64,000 nt of DNA from Eledone cirrhosa (GCA_964016885.1 OZ024743.1:374046001-374110000); one strand, 5' to 3'. Counted from the stretch's first letter, positions 11,871 through 27,847 are shown. Notes: generated by a model not told the origin, from the sequence alone. Program-made: numbers and translations.

Positions 11871-14800
11871 CTATAGTCTGATGTAGAGTGAAGGCCCATT
11901 TACACGGGCCATTCTCGCCACTTTCACCCATCTTTCATAAAAACGGCTGGGGTGCAGCACCTCTCTCTCCATCCTGATCCTTCTTCCGAAATGATATCGG
12001 AAGAAACGGACCAGTTGTTGGCCAGAGAGAAAGGTGTCTGACCTCAGTCCTTTCAGACGCGTCCACCATACAACCTCTTTCGCCATGGCTATTACGCACA
12101 GAAACACCGCCTCTTCTTCGTTCTTGAAGAGGGGAGGCGGCTTGATCGTTACAATAGACTCGGTGGTCAACCGGATCGGTCCCACCCTTGACAGCAGTTG
12201 TTCGACATAGCCCCACAGATCGGCAATGCCCGAGCAGTGTACCAATGCGTGTGCAACGGTTTCCTCATCGCACACGCATCTGGGACAGATCTTTTTCGAG
12301 GGGTCCCTACCCGGGCGCCCGTGTCTGTAGAGCCTTTCTCTAACGGGCAGAGCCCTTCTGTAGCATTGCCAGGCCAGGGACCTCTGGAAGTTATCCATGG
12401 GTCCCGGGCTGAATGTCCTACCGAACAGGTTGGCCAGTTCGTTTTCCTCCATGCCTAGGGGTTCTCCGAGGGCGTCGTCGCACCTGCTAACCACCAGCCC
12501 TCTATAGAATGACGAGGTGGATTCTCCACTGACAGCCGGGTCCTCCTGCCAGAGAGCCGTGAGCGCCTGGGCACACTCGGTGTGCCAGGTGCCCAGTTTT
12601 CTCGGTCTTTGCTTGACCCAGGATTGCAGCTCGGTGAGTGAGACGAGTCTGGGAAAGGCTCGCCTCACAAACGGGGCCCACACCGGTTGACCGGAGAGGA
12701 ATACGTGAAGGTGCCGTAGCCTTAATGCGTGTTTACGTATCATTAGCCACGGCATCCCCAGCCCTCCTTTCGAAGGGTGTTGACAGCAGATGGATCTCCT
12801 CACCATAGGAGCCCGCTTCTTCCAAAGGAATTGGAAGAGTGCGCGCTCCATTTTGGCGAGCGTTTCCCTTGGGCAAGGCACAACGGTCAGGCGGTAGTAG
12901 ATGACGGACGCTATATAAGTGTTCGCCACCTCCTCCCGACCTTTCAGGGACAGTTTGCACTCGGCCCACTTCTGGGTCAGTGCAAACACCCTGTTCGTTA
13001 CCTCACCCCAGTTCTTCTCCACCTGGAGGTCTGGTCCGAACCAGACCCCGAGCAACTTCACCGGGCCCTCCGTCCAGCGCCCGACGACGCCATCGGAGGG
13101 CATCGATCTGCCCCTCCACGTGCCGAGTTGCAGACCGATCGACTTGTCCAGGTTCAGCTTAGCACCTGTAAACCTTTCCTACTCATCCAGTAAGGTGCCG
13201 ATCGCCCCGATTTCCGAGGCCGTCGACACCATTACTGTTACCTCATCGGCGTAGGCTGACACTGCTTTCCGCAATCCTGGTTCCAACGGGATGCCCTACA
13301 ACAACTCCAACTGCTGCAGCAGTTGCTCTAGAGTCATTACATACAGAAGGGAGGAGAGAGGGCACCCCTGTCGGATGGACCGCGATTTCGAACGGCTCCG
13401 AGAGGTAGCCGTTCACCTTGACCCTAGAGCAGATGCGGCTGCTGTGCATGGCATTGATTCAGCTCCTGAAAACGAGTCCGAATCCTGCCGCCGCTAGCAC
13501 CGCATCCAGGTAACCATGGTCGACCCTATCGAATGTCTTAGATTGATCCAAGTTGATCAGGGCCCCACCAAAGCCGGGTTCGTTCCCAACCCTCTCTATG
13601 ATGTATCGCATGAGGTGGAGGTTGTCGTGGATGGACCTGGACGGGATAGCACATGTCTGCGCATCTCCCACCAGGTTGCCCACGATAAGCGCCAACCTCT
13701 TTGCTAGCACCTTGGCCAAAATCTGTAACTCTGTATTTAGCAGAGTTATGGGCCTGAAATTATTTATATCGTCCCCCTTGTTCTCGTCCTTCCTAACCAG
13801 CGTGACTACGCCCTTGGTCACAGCACAGGGAATTCTCCCGTTCTGTTGCCAGTTGCAGTAGACCGCCTCGAGGAGATCGGGGAACAAGTCCGGCATAGCT
13901 AGATATAGTTCGTATGGAAGACCATCGAGACCCGGGGATTTGCGTTTGCCGCATTGGCTCAGCACGTCCTCTATCTCAGCGGCTGAAATCGGCTCCTCGC
14001 AGGACTTCGCCTCCCTGTCCGAGAGACGCGGCAGGCCGTCGAGGTATGGACCGAAGTCCACATCCCCAACCGGCTCCCCGCCCCTTCCGAACAATCCGGC
14101 AAAGTGCTTTTGAAAAGCATCGCACATCTGCTTAGGTTCAAGGATCACCCGTCCATCCTGGTCTCGCAAAGACCGGATAGTGGATCTGCTCCCTCTTTTG
14201 GCTTCTGTCACGCGGGCCCAGCTAACAGCTTTGGTCCCCTCGTTTCCCAGAGCACGTATTTTGCTTCGGACGATGCAGCCTTCGTGTTTCGCGTCGAAGA
14301 ACTGGCCCAGGGCCGTTCTCGACGCCAGCACTCTGGCCACGTCGCCTCTTCTACACTATCTACCAACTCCCTTTCCTTCCTATTTCTATTTGAGGCTAAC
14401 TCCTTACTAAATTATATAGAGACTACTCTAATCTCTCTTTTGAGAGATCCCCACCGCCTGCTGTTGACAATGGCGCCCGTCAACCGCTCCTTAACTAAAG
14501 TGCTAATCCGGTCCCTGTAAGCCTTACTTGCCGGTAAGGACAAGTTGAGCTTCCAGTAACCGGGTCCCTGTCTATGAGTTCTGTCAAGGTTGACCATGCA
14601 GGTCACTAATTTGTGGTCTGAATAGCCAACCATGCGCATTTTTGGACAACTTAAAAAGTCCTTATCCTTAATTCTAACTAAGAACCTATCTAGGTACGAC
14701 CTAGATGATCCGCTACGATTTGCCCAAGTCCAGGTTGGCGCAGTCGGAAAATCTAGTCGATATCTATCGGCCAGGTCAAATCGACCGATTAACCCTTTGA

Positions 14801-15293
14801 GGCTATTACACCCCTCTGTATCGGGTCAGGCCCCTACGTAGTCCCAGCGTGCATCTAGGATACCATTCCAGTCCCCCACTAATAGCAAGGGGCGGGACGT
14901 CCCTAGAAAAGTCTCCAGACGATGGAAGAAGTCCGGCCGCATTGACCCGAAAGGGCCGTAGGCGGCTACCAACCTAAACGCTCTGCCTTTACCACTGCCA
15001 AGGTCCAGAACCACGAGTCGACCCTCCGGGTCCAAATGTACCATCTGTGTTGCGAGACCCAGATGTTTTTGCAGCAGAACTACAACCCCACCCCCGCCTA
15101 CGGGCTGACAGAGAGATGCGTGCATCTCAAAGTCATCAAAGGTGGGGGCCAGCTGTCGCACGTTGCTGATCCGGGCCTCGCAAATAACCATCACATCTAT
15201 ACGTTGTGACCTGAGGTCATTTAGAAGCATTGCTTGCTTCCAAGTTGAGCCCAGGCCACGCGCATTTAAACAGCCTACTCTTAGCATAGCCAT
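11871..15293 (-). pseudogene. Tx1 ORF2: AP endonuclease, reverse transcriptase, C-terminal zinc finger (disrupted)
   Basis: LNARGL, VGDWN, SDH, PGYWKLN, KSPGLDGLPYE, FRPITLLN, LDQSKTFDRVDH, KLLGVWFG, CPRC..ETVAHALVHC across several frames. Confidence 0.93.
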
Positions 15294-15481
15294 ATTGGTG
15301 GTGAAGAGAAAAGGCACTTACCTCTCAGCGTCCCGGGTATCGGGCTGCACAATTTCCATTAGGGTGGGGGATGGGTTGTTGGGTGGGGTGGTGGTTTGTG
15401 GAAGTGTAGGGGCATCAGTGTGTTGTGTGGTTGGGGAGTTTGGAGTTGTGTGGGTGTTTGGGGAGGGGGTGGGGTAGTTTT

Positions 15482-17115
15482 TTAGGAGGACGCGGTTAAT
15501 GGGCCCGACGCAGGGGGGGGGCCCACGTCCTCTTTAAAATTGTTTTTTAAAGTTTTATAGGTGTCCTGTGGGGCCTTAATCATTTTGAGGTGGGGGAAAT
15601 CCCCTGCCTGGGTGAAGTTAGGCCCTTGTGTTTTTATTAGATTGTTGTTGTACACAATGTTTAACAGTTTTTTGTTTCTTGTGTTTATGTATGTGTATGC
15701 ATGTTTTTGTTTTTGTGTGGTGTTTTTTGTTTGCTGTTGTTGTGAGCTCTTTTGTGTTGGTGTCAGTGTTATGTTTTGGGGAGGGGTTGTTTTCATTTGT
15801 GTGTCTGAGGTGTGTTTTCTTTTTTTTCTTTTGATTGTGTGGAAGTGCTCCTCCTCGTCTGACGACGAACTAGGGTCATATTCCGCGTTGGAGGGGAGGG
15901 GTATATTTTCGGGTTGTGTTTGCGGTGCGGGTGTTTTGGAAATTGTTTTTGTTTTTTGAGTGGGGGGGGGGGGGGTGATGGGTTGGACATTGTTTTGTTT
16001 TGGTTTGAGCTGTGGTGGTTGTTTTTGTAGTGGTAGTTGTGGTGAGTTGTGCAGTTGTTGGTGGTGTAGGCAGGATTGGGGTTTTCTTATTAAGTTGGGG
16101 ACAGACAGCCCTCAGGTGACCTCTGGTTCCGCAGAGGAAACACGAGGGCCGCCTACCCTCAACGGTAATGTTGATGAAAGTTTGGTCATCCAGTATGACG
16201 CGTTCAGGGATCTGGGCGATCCTTTCGGGCCTCATTTGAACTACAAGTTCGAGGCTCGTTCCACTGAACGCGTCACCCGATGCCTTTCCCATGGACACCA
16301 GCGTGTCATCATCCAGGTCCAAGAAACCTGTCAAAACCCACCATATATGTCCATAATCGGCAGGATGGTGTGGATTTTTTTTTGTGTGTTCTTCTACCCA
16401 TGTACGTAGGGTAGAAGGTGTATGCGGTGGATGTGATTGGTTTGATGGACAGTTTCACTGCTGTGTCCCTGTCCTTCATGAGAATGGATAGACTCCCGTA
16501 GAGTCTATCCTTCTGAATGAAGGTGATGTCCTTCATGACGTCTTTTAAACCAGCTCTATCTCACTCTGTGATGGTTGAGCTGGTTTTTTGCTTTTATTCG
16601 AGATGGTCCTAAACATGACAGTGTTTAGGAGTCTCTGGCTTTTTAGTTCCGGGGGGAGGGGGGATCGTGAATGAACCATTTTCCCCGTACACTATATATT
16701 TTTTGGCATCTGCCAGTAGCTCCTTCGCTTTGGTTATATCTACTGGCAGATAGTCGAGGGTTTTCCTTGCCGTCTCGGCGCAGGAGAAATTTTTTTTGTT
16801 TGTGTTGCTGTTGTAGTTGGTGGTGTTGTTGTTATCATTGTTGTTGTTATCACAGTTATTGGTCTTGTTGTTGTTGTTATTGTTATTGGTGTTGTTTTCG
16901 TCCGTCGCATTGTTGTTGTTATTGCTGTTGCTGGTGCCGCTGGTTCTTTGGGTTGTTGCCATGGCAACGTCAAGTTGTCGGTCAACAGGTGGAGAAAATC
17001 CTTCCCCTGGCTGACCTTTCTTTTTGACCTCTGCTACTGTGACAGTGGAAGGGGGAAGCTGTAAGTTTATCTTCCCCTTTCCTCCTTCGAATTTTGGTGA
17101 AGAAGCTTCAGCCAT
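15482..17115 (-). pseudogene. Tx1 ORF1 gag-like nucleic-acid-binding protein (frameshifted)
   Basis: Asn-rich N-terminus, YPTYMGRR, EGRRPSCFLCGTRGHLRAVC zinc knuckle, Thr/Pro-rich tail. Confidence 0.85.
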
Positions 17116-17380
17116 TTTAAAAAATGTTAACTTTTCAACAAGAAAAAACATTTTTTGTTTAACTATTTCGCCTAAAGGCGTAGAATATTTTGAGAGACTG
17201 ACCAGATCAAAGTTTGACCTGGCAGTCCCTCTACAAAATGGTACAAAATTAAAGTTTACAGACAAGAATTTCTATAGAAATTTAAACAGAACTTACTCAG
17301 CAAGTTATACGCGTGTGTTCATCCCAATAGATAGATAGATAGAAAGAGAGATAGATAGATAGATAGAGAGAGAGAGATAG

Positions 17381-17435
<55 letters not shown>

Positions 17436-17878
17436 GGAGAGAAGAAAAAAGTAAATGGGAGTAAGAAAAGAAAGAATGCGGGGAAAAGTTAGGAGAGAAA
17501 GCGTTGTTAGTCATCCATCTTGTAAAGTGAAAATTTCCAAACGATGTTAGTGTTGATGAATTATTGAAAGGGAGATAAACATAAAAGAAATAGAAAAAAG
17601 TTGTTTGTTTATATAAAGCTGGGACAGACATACCTGTACCTATTTCTTTATTAATTTATTTAGTTTTGATTAAATTCCACTGGAAGTTGAAACCGTCGAC
17701 AGAAATCATTAATTCTATGGCGCTTGTTACATTTGCTAATAGAAATGTTATTTTAAAAATATTTATCCGTGGAACAAATTTATAACAGTGCCTAACAAAA
17801 CAATGATACTAAATATCATGATTCCTTTAACAATATTACCCTATTCTTTTATCATTATTATAACTTTGCTGCCTTTAA

Positions 17879-18608
17879 GGGCGGTGAATTGGTAGTATCG
17901 GTAGAGGGTTGGACGCCATGCTTTCTAGCATAGTTACGTCCCTTTACGGTCTGAGTTCAAATCCCGTTGAGGTTAACTTTGCCTTTCATCCTTATGGGGT
18001 CGATAAAATAAAGTACCAGTAATGTACTGGGTAATTGCTGGCCTTGTGCCTAAAGTAGAAACAATTATTATAACTTTGCCTTTCATCCTTACGGGGTCGA
18101 TAAAATAAAGTACCAGTAATACATTGGGCAATTATTATTATTATGTTACTGTTAGCGGTTAGCTTGGCAGAATCGGTAGAGCATCGGACAACATACTTTG
18201 CTGCACTGAGTTACGGCCCATTACTTTCTGAGTTCAAATCCCGTCGAGGTTAGCTTTGCCTTTCATCCTTACGGGGTCGATAACAAAAAGTACCAGTAAT
18301 GCACTGGTGTCAATTTAGTCGAGTTTCCCCTCCCCTTAAAATTGCTGGCCTTGTGCCTAAGGTAGGAGCAATTATTATGTTGTTGTTGGGGCGTTGGCTT
18401 GGCAGAATCGGCAGAGCGTCAGACAAATGCTTAACCGTATTTGTTCCGGGTTTTTACTTTCTGAGTTCAAATCTCTCCGAGGAGAACTTTGCCTTTCATC
18501 CTTACGAGGTCGATAAAATAAAGTACCAGTCACGCACTGAGGTCGATTTCATCGACTTCCCCCTCCCCACCCAAATTGCTGGTCATGTGCTTATATCAGA
18601 AACCATTA
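17879..18608 (+). mobile_element. Cluster of tandem SINE family A copies (~17879-18066, partial ~18070-18130, ~18155-18375, ~18388-18608)
   Basis: Repeated A box/B box and core ctttgcctttcatccttacggggtcgat. Confidence 0.85.
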
Positions 18609-18946
18609 TTATGTTGCTGTTGTCTTTAAATATTTATTTGCGTCTTTCACTTTGGCGAAGTAAATACTAATTAGTTATTATAGAAATAAAGAAAATAATG
18701 TTAAAAGGAGGTAATTATGGATCAATTCGAATAATGAGCTTGTGTCCAATTTAATCACTTCAAAACACACAAGCAATTAAAATAAAAAGAGGAGCATAAC
18801 CAATATTAGTTATAAATGAATTTAAGTCGAAGTGAATTGTGTGTTTAACTTCATTATATTCCAGCCAAATGATTTTACACCCGATTTTACAGTCATGATA
18901 CCAGTTCCAACCAGGCTGCGCATGTCAATCCCGTTCATGTAAATAA

Positions 18947-19337
18947 TGGCCAGCATATTTTGGGGGAGGGGGAAGTCGATTAAATCGACCCCAGTTTGTG
19001 ACTGGTACTTTATTTTATCGACCCCATAAGGCTGAAAGGTAAAGTTAACCTCGGCGGGATTTGATCTTAGATCATAAAGGGCCGTAACTCTATGCTGCAA
19101 AGCATGGCGCCCGACCCTCTACCGATACTGCCAATCCACCGCCCTAAAATTGTTTCTACTTTAGCCTCAAGGCTAACAATTATCCCAGTACATTACTGGT
19201 ACTTTATTTTATCGACCCCCGTAAGGATGAAAGACAAAGTTAACCTCGGCGGGATTTGATCTCAGATCATAAAGGGTCATAACTCTATGCTGCAAAACAT
19301 GGCGTCCGACCTTCTACCGATACTGCCAATCCACCGC
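18947..19337 (-). mobile_element. Two tandem SINE family A copies
   Basis: Reverse complements of the 3020-3206 SINE (~18947-19145, ~19148-19337). Confidence 0.85.
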
Positions 19338-19345
19338 ACTCGTGC

Positions 19346-19575
19346 TCATGTAAATAATGAACAGGAGAGGTGACATACACACCCTTGGCAGAGTCCGACT
19401 TCCACATTGAATGGTTTCGATTTAGCATCATTTATCTGAACACAAATACTCGGGTATTGGTATAGAGACATGAGGGCAGCAAGAAGCTGACCATCGATCC
19501 CATACTCCTGCAGAACCTTCCACAGCAGATTACGAGGAACGCGGTCATATAAGGTCGACAAAACAAGATTATACC
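19346..19575 (-). pseudogene. RTE-like reverse transcriptase fragment
   Basis: YDRVPRNLLWKVLQEYGIDGQLL...SKPFNVEVGLCQGC. Confidence 0.75.
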
Positions 19576-19599
19576 TCTTGGCAATACTTTCACGATTTC

Positions 19600-19967
19600 A
19601 ATCTTTTTTCTTTTTCTTTCTATTTTTCTTCTACTTTCTATCGTTCTGGCGTTCTTTTTCTACTTTTTATTTATTTCTTTATTTCTTTTTCTTTATTTCT
19701 TTCTTTCATTCTTTCTTCCATTTGTTATCCATTCCTTCTTTCTTTCATCCATTCTTCCTTTCTTTCTTTCATTCTTTCTTTCTTTCATTCATCCTTTCTT
19801 TCTTCCATTTGTTATCCATTCCTTCTTTCTTTCATCCATTCTTCCTTTCTTTCTTTCATTCTTCCTTTCTTTCTTTCTTTCATTCATCCTTTCTTTCATT
19901 CTTTCTTCCATTTGTTATCCATTCCTTCTTTCTTTCATCCATTCTTCCTTTCTTTCTTTCATTCTTC

Positions 19968-19998
<31 letters not shown>

Positions 19999-20093
19999 TC
20001 ATTCATCCTTTCTTCATTCTTTCTTCCATTTGTTATCCATTCCTTCTTTCTTTCATCCATTCTTCCTTTCTTTCTTTCTTTCATTCATTCATC

Positions 20094-20128
<35 letters not shown>

Positions 20129-20300
20129 TCATTCATTCATCCTTTCTTTCATTCTTTCTTTCTTTCTTTCTTTCTGCTAACAGCAATATATTTCCTTTTT
20201 GCCTTACTACATACATTTCTTCATTCCTTCTTCTGTTCTTCATCTTTCCTTCCTTCACCGTCTTCTATCCATCCATCCAGCCATTCATTCTTTCTTTTTC
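19600..20300. repeat. (TTTC)n/(TTCA)n compound pyrimidine tract with a repeated ccatttgttatccattcc unit
   Basis: Visible directly. Confidence 0.85.
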
Positions 20301-20545
20301 TGTTGCTTACCCCCTTTAATTCCTTCCCAACAATCAGATTACCCCTCCTCCACTTCCACAAGCAACTCTCCATCATATACCCCAAACCCTTTTTCCTCTG
20401 CCAGAAACCTAATATCATAATTACTTATTACTGAAACCAACATAACACACACACATACACACACACAGACATGCACGCACACACACTATACAACTATACA
20501 TACATACGCACATTCATATATTCATGCATTCATATACACAAACGC

Positions 20546-20581
<36 letters not shown>

Positions 20582-20773
20582 GTATATATGTATCTATCTA
20601 TCTATCTATCTATTTATCTATATATGTATTTCTTTATAACAAAGTCCCATCCACCCTCCCTTCTTTCTGTTTCTTTCAACACGTCATCTTCAATTCAACA
20701 GACTTTTGGGGATTTCAACCCTCATATCGATCAAATAAGCAGACGTGTCTTTTCAGAATTTGACACATTCTGA

Positions 20774-20804
<31 letters not shown>

Positions 20805-20851
20805 TGTATGTATGTATGTATGTATGTATGTATGTATGTATGTATGTATGT

Positions 20852-21175
20852 ATGGTATCCAATGATGTTCACTTCTTTTTGGTAAATATCATCTTGGTTA
20901 AGAGAGTGGGACTGGCTTTGTGCAATGCCTTTGCTCACTATAAAAGCTTCACGGCACAGGCATTGCTTTATATCTGGAGATCTCTCTGCACTTGTCATCA
21001 CATGGTACCATGGGCCCAGCACTATGTGTCAGTAATTGTCACAAGTGTAGTGTCTGTACCAGAGTTTTCAAGTTGCTGGCTGGACTAAAATCACTCTTGT
21101 TCAGCGCATCGGTAGGGGTTCTCCTACATGGATATAAAGTAGTGGTCGTACTCGAAAACGAGTTGGCAGCCACCA
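20852..21175 (+). mobile_element. 5'-truncated copy of (ATGT)n-associated element
   Basis: Same 3' end as the other copies; (atgt)n on both sides. Confidence 0.85.
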
Positions 21176-21189
21176 TGTATGTATGTATG

Positions 21190-23290
21190 TTATCTCTTTC
21201 TCTTAATTTCGAGTATATTTTCTTTGACCGACCACCTTCCTGGTGGCAAGGTTGTAAAAGAAAAGAAATTGTCATCCCTTGAATGCAAAGAATGTTTTGC
21301 AAATTTTGAAGGTGCCAGCTATCGCAGCCATTTGTAGACTATGAATTAGGGAGCTGCGCTTTTTTGTCCGCAAATCCAAGTTCAGTCATACTTCGGTCCA
21401 AGCGGGTTGGTATATAACCCGTAGCTCCAATAATGATGGGTATGAAGCTAAAGGTGTATCTTGGATACTGAATTTGTAAACTCCTCATCAATGGTCCGTA
21501 GATGTCCTCCTTCTCCTGTATTTTTCTGACAACGTTTACATCAAGTGGGCAGCTGATCTCCACAACAGAACACGTTTTCAATGTGTGGTCCCAAACAACA
21601 ATATCAGGCCGGTTGTACTTTAATTTGGTGGCAGTTTTTATTTTCAGGTTCCACCAGTATTCCTTAGTGCCATCTGTCTCAATATATTCTTCCTCGTTTG
21701 TTGTTAATTTTGTTTTTCGAAGTGCGTTCCAGATGGTTCTAGCTATCCCATCGTGTCTCGTGTGGAGGTCACATTCTTTCGCAGCTGGCAACAATGTGGC
21801 TTACATCCCCGATCTTTGTTTTACATAGCCTACATTTATTGTAAGCTGCTGTCCTTCCCCTTTTGTGCAGCAGATATTTGGTAGTGAGTTCTTGTTCCTG
21901 TATTGCATAGAGATATCCCTCAAGGTGTGATGTTATAAACTTGTCGGAACTCCATGCCAGGCTTTTTGAGTGGTTTATCCCCTCTATGGTCTGTGTTTTA
22001 CGTCTCAAGTATCCATGCACAACTTTTTCTGTAAATTGGTCAATTCTTTCATCTTGTTTGAACATTGAATAGGATCTTCCGATTTCTCTGGGTGAGAGAT
22101 TTATATCAGGCTTTATTCCATATCTCTCCTCCAGATCAGTCGCTATTTTAATGATATTTTTTTTTTCATGCTCATAAACCTGGGCAAGATGGTTGCCAAC
22201 CTTTTTCCTCTGTTGAAGGTGTTGCTTCAGTGTTACTATCCGGGTCTCATATGTTGTTAATATGGATTTTAGACCCCGGCCACTTTCTTTGCGTGAGAAG
22301 TATAGCCTATCCACATCACCATTGATGTTAAAGTTCCCAGTAACACTGAGAAGTTTGCGAGTTTCTAACATCCATCTCACTTAGTTCTTGCAATGACCAG
22401 TTCAGCAGGCCAAATGTTGGCGTTAGAATTGGCACAGCATAAGTATTGTGGGCAATGTATTTGTTGTACGCTGACAGTTCTGATGACCATATTTTCTTTA
22501 TTCTTCTGAGATATTCAGTTCTGGTTCTCTCCTTATTTATGGGTCCATGATATCTGACATTCTCATCCTGTCCAAGATATCTGTAGTTGTCACCTCACTG
22601 TAGAGGTTGTATTGTCAGGCCGTTCATCTCTAGATTTCTAGAGGAGGGCACAGCTCTTCCACGTTTTACAGCCAAATATGCACACTTGGACTCACCAAAT
22701 TTCATTTTGATGTCTGTTGAAAGTTGTGCAATGAGGTCCAATTGTTTCTTGATGTCATTGATATTTGGCCCATACAACTTCAGGTCATCAACAAAGAAAA
22801 GATGGGAGATAGTTCTGGACCCACTTCTTTGTCAACCTTGTTTCCTGAGTAGGTAAGATAGTGGATTTAGTGAGAGAACGAAGAGTAGCACTGATAAGCT
22901 ATCACCCTGAAAGATGCCCTTCTGGTAATGTATCTTATCAGTCTTAACTTGCTCCTTGTCACCTCTAAGGATCAAATTGGTGTACCAGTTCTTGGTCAGG
23001 CGTTCAACAGCAGCTACCAATGGTTGTGGGACTTTAGCTAACTGTAAAGCCTTAATAATCCACCCATGAGGTACACTATCAAATGCTTTTTGATAGTCCA
23101 GCCGCACCGCAGTCATGTTTCTGCGATTATTTGTTGTTTTTTCCTGTATCATTTTATTAGTCAGTAGGTGATCTATGCAACCCCACACCCCACTCTTTCC
23201 ACCAGCTTGCTCAGGTGTTATGATGTTGTTGGTAGCACAGTGATCCTGTAAGAACAGGTTAAGGCACTCAGTATATAATTTATATATGAT
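21190..23290 (-). mobile_element. 5'-truncated RT-RLE non-LTR retrotransposon (R4/Dong-like), disrupted
   Basis: GCIDHLLTNKMI, LDYQKAFDSVPH, GIFQGDSLS, CRLC..HIVASC, RHD, NRPDIVVWD..VVEISCP, K..K...Y, PIIIGATG; ends in (ACAT)n on the minus strand. Confidence 0.9.
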
Positions 23291-23331
23291 GTAATGTATG
23301 TATGTATGTATGTATGTATGTATGTATGTAT

Positions 23332-23945
23332 GTTATGTCAGGTCACCAGTTGGTGCTACTGGTAACATGTATCCCAGTACAACCTGTCTCATGGTCGGGT
23401 CGTTGGCGACTAAACTGGCAACCCCACCAAGGTTTCTTGGTGAGGAGGGTGACTTTGGACATCCTGCAGGACTAAAAACAAAACCTGTCAAAGGGCAAAG
23501 GAGCTCTTAAGAGTCAATGGCCATCCAAAATCACCGGGAGAGATGACCCCTTAGCCTTTGTCAAGGCAGAATTCTAGGAGAAGGAAAACTCTGATATAAC
23601 ACCTGCAACCCTGATGGTATCCAATGATGTTGACTTATTCTTCTTTTTGGTAAATATCATCTTGGTTAAGAGAGTGGGACTGGCTTTGTGCAGTGCCTTT
23701 TCTCACTATAAAAGCTTCACGGCACAGGCATTGCTTTATATCTGGAGATCTCTCTGCACTTGTCGTCACATGGTACCATGGGCCCAGCACTATGTGTCAA
23801 TAATTGTCACAAGTGTAGTGTTTGTACCAGAGTTTTCAAGTCGCTGGATGGACTAAAAAGTCACACTCGTTCAGCGCATCGGTAGGGGTTCTCCTACATG
23901 GATATAAAGTAGTGGCCGTACTCGAAAACGAGTTGGCAGCCACCA
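23332..23945 (+). mobile_element. Longest copy of (ATGT)n-associated non-autonomous element
   Basis: ~610 bp between two (atgt)n tracts; no substantial recognisable ORF. Confidence 0.85.
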
Positions 23946-24049
23946 TGTATGTATGTATGTATGTATGTATGTATGTATGTATGTATGTATGTATGTATGT
24001 ATGTATGTATGTATGTATGTATGTATGGACACACATACATACATACATA

Positions 24050-24495
24050 CAGGAGCTCTTAAGAGTCAATGGCCATCCAAAATTACCGGGAGAGATGACC
24101 CCTTAGCCTTTGTCAAGGCAGAATTGTAGGAGAAGGAAAACTCTGATATAACACCTGCAACTCTGATGGTATCCAATGATGTTAACTTGTTCTTCTTTTT
24201 GGTAAATATCATCTTGGTTAAGAGAGTGGGACTGGCTTTGTGCAGTGCCTTTGCTCACTATAAAAGCTTCACGGCACAGGCATTGCTTTATATCTGGAGA
24301 TCTCTCTGCACTTGTCGTCACATGGTACCATGGGCCCAGCTCTGTGTCAATAATTGTCACAAGTGTAGTGTTTGTACCAGAGTTTTCAAGTCGCTGGCTG
24401 GACTAAAAAGTCACACTCGTTCAGCGCATCGGTAGCGGTTCTCCTACATGGATATAAAGTAGTGGCCGTTCTCGAAAACGAGTTGGCAGCCACTA
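24050..24495 (+). mobile_element. 5'-truncated copy of (ATGT)n-associated element
   Basis: Tandem with the previous copy; same 3' end. Confidence 0.85.
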
Positions 24496-24501
24496 TGTAT
24501 G

Positions 24502-24594
<93 letters not shown>

Positions 24595-24607
24595 ATACAT
24601 ATATATA

Positions 24608-24850
24608 TACATACGTTAACCTTGGTCTTCCACTTCTAGTGTGTCCATGTAGGGGCTCCCACAGGAACACTGAGTGCAATGTCAACTCTGGATGTCGGTG
24701 AGCATGTCCAGCTAACCTCAGTTAGACCAAGGTTAACGTATGTTGATGCCCTAAGGACATACACTGGTCTGTTGGAGACGCAGGACATGGCAGCGATAAT
24801 GAGGGACAGAGACCGCTGGAGAGAACTCGTCCATGGAACTCGGGAATTTT
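24608..24850 (+). mobile_element. RTE-like LINE 3' fragment with inverted 5' portion
   Basis: Minus strand [18 protein letters not shown]; plus strand RPRLTYVDAL...MRDRDRWRELV, a typical RTE C-terminus. Confidence 0.75.
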
Positions 24851-24909
24851 ACCGATTTTATAGATATATATACATATATACATATGTATATATATGTATA
24901 TACATATAT

Positions 24910-24963
24910 ATTCCAAACCCATGCTAGCGTGGAAGATGGACGTTAAACGATGATGATGATGAT
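24910..24963 (+). mobile_element. 3' tail fragment of an RTE-type SINE/LINE
   Basis: acccatgctagcgtggaagatggacgttaaac(gat)n. Confidence 0.55.
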
Positions 24964-24981
24964 ATATATATATATATATAT

Positions 24982-25286
24982 AATATAAGATCAAAAGATG
25001 GTTAAAAGAGTTCCAAGTATTTTATTATGCGCATTTCAAAAACAAATATAATCATGAGATGATATCTGCGTTTTCATCAGATAAAATAGGGATACATGAT
25101 ATGAAGGTTAAAAAACACTTGTGAATAGTGAAGTTTTTCAATCAATATATGTTGATTTAAAACTTCACTCTTTTAACCATCTTTTGATCATATATTATTT
25201 ATACTCCAGTCCTACAAACTGTAGAGTGCTACTTATCCGATATTTGCATTGCTTTATTGTGCTACAATAAAACTCACCTCCTACAT

Positions 25287-25290
<4 letters not shown>
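24982..25290 (-). mobile_element. Hammerhead element in (TA)n with inverted repeats
   Basis: ~24982-25011 is inverted against ~25167-25197; ~25186-25290 is inverted against ~27983-28088. Confidence 0.7.
25018..25088 (-). ncRNA. Type I hammerhead ribozyme motif
   Basis: Minus strand: tattttat-CTGATGA-aaac...ttttt-GAAA-TGCGCA-TA-ataaaata; 8-bp stem I, palindromic stem III. Confidence 0.85.

Positions 25291-27847
<2,557 letters not shown>

Larger units (their letters stand above)
11604..17325 (-). mobile_element. Tx1-clade non-LTR retrotransposon copy 1 (near full length, frameshifted)
   Basis: ORF1 with CCHC knuckle, ORF2 APE-RT-CCHC, 3' AATAAA; flanked by (GA)/(GATA) repeats on both sides. 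Confidence 0.92.

Noticed and set aside
12198-15959. Plus-strand ORFs overlapping the Tx1 elements (also at 38-44 kb and 49-55 kb)
   Set aside because: Antisense shadows of GC-rich LINE coding sequence
23355-23420. HDV-like ribozyme at the 5' end of the (ATGT)n element (ccagt...gg tcg ttgg cga ctaa actgg)
   Set aside because: P2, P4 and J4/2 look plausible but I could not fit P1 and P3/L3; needs a covariance-model search
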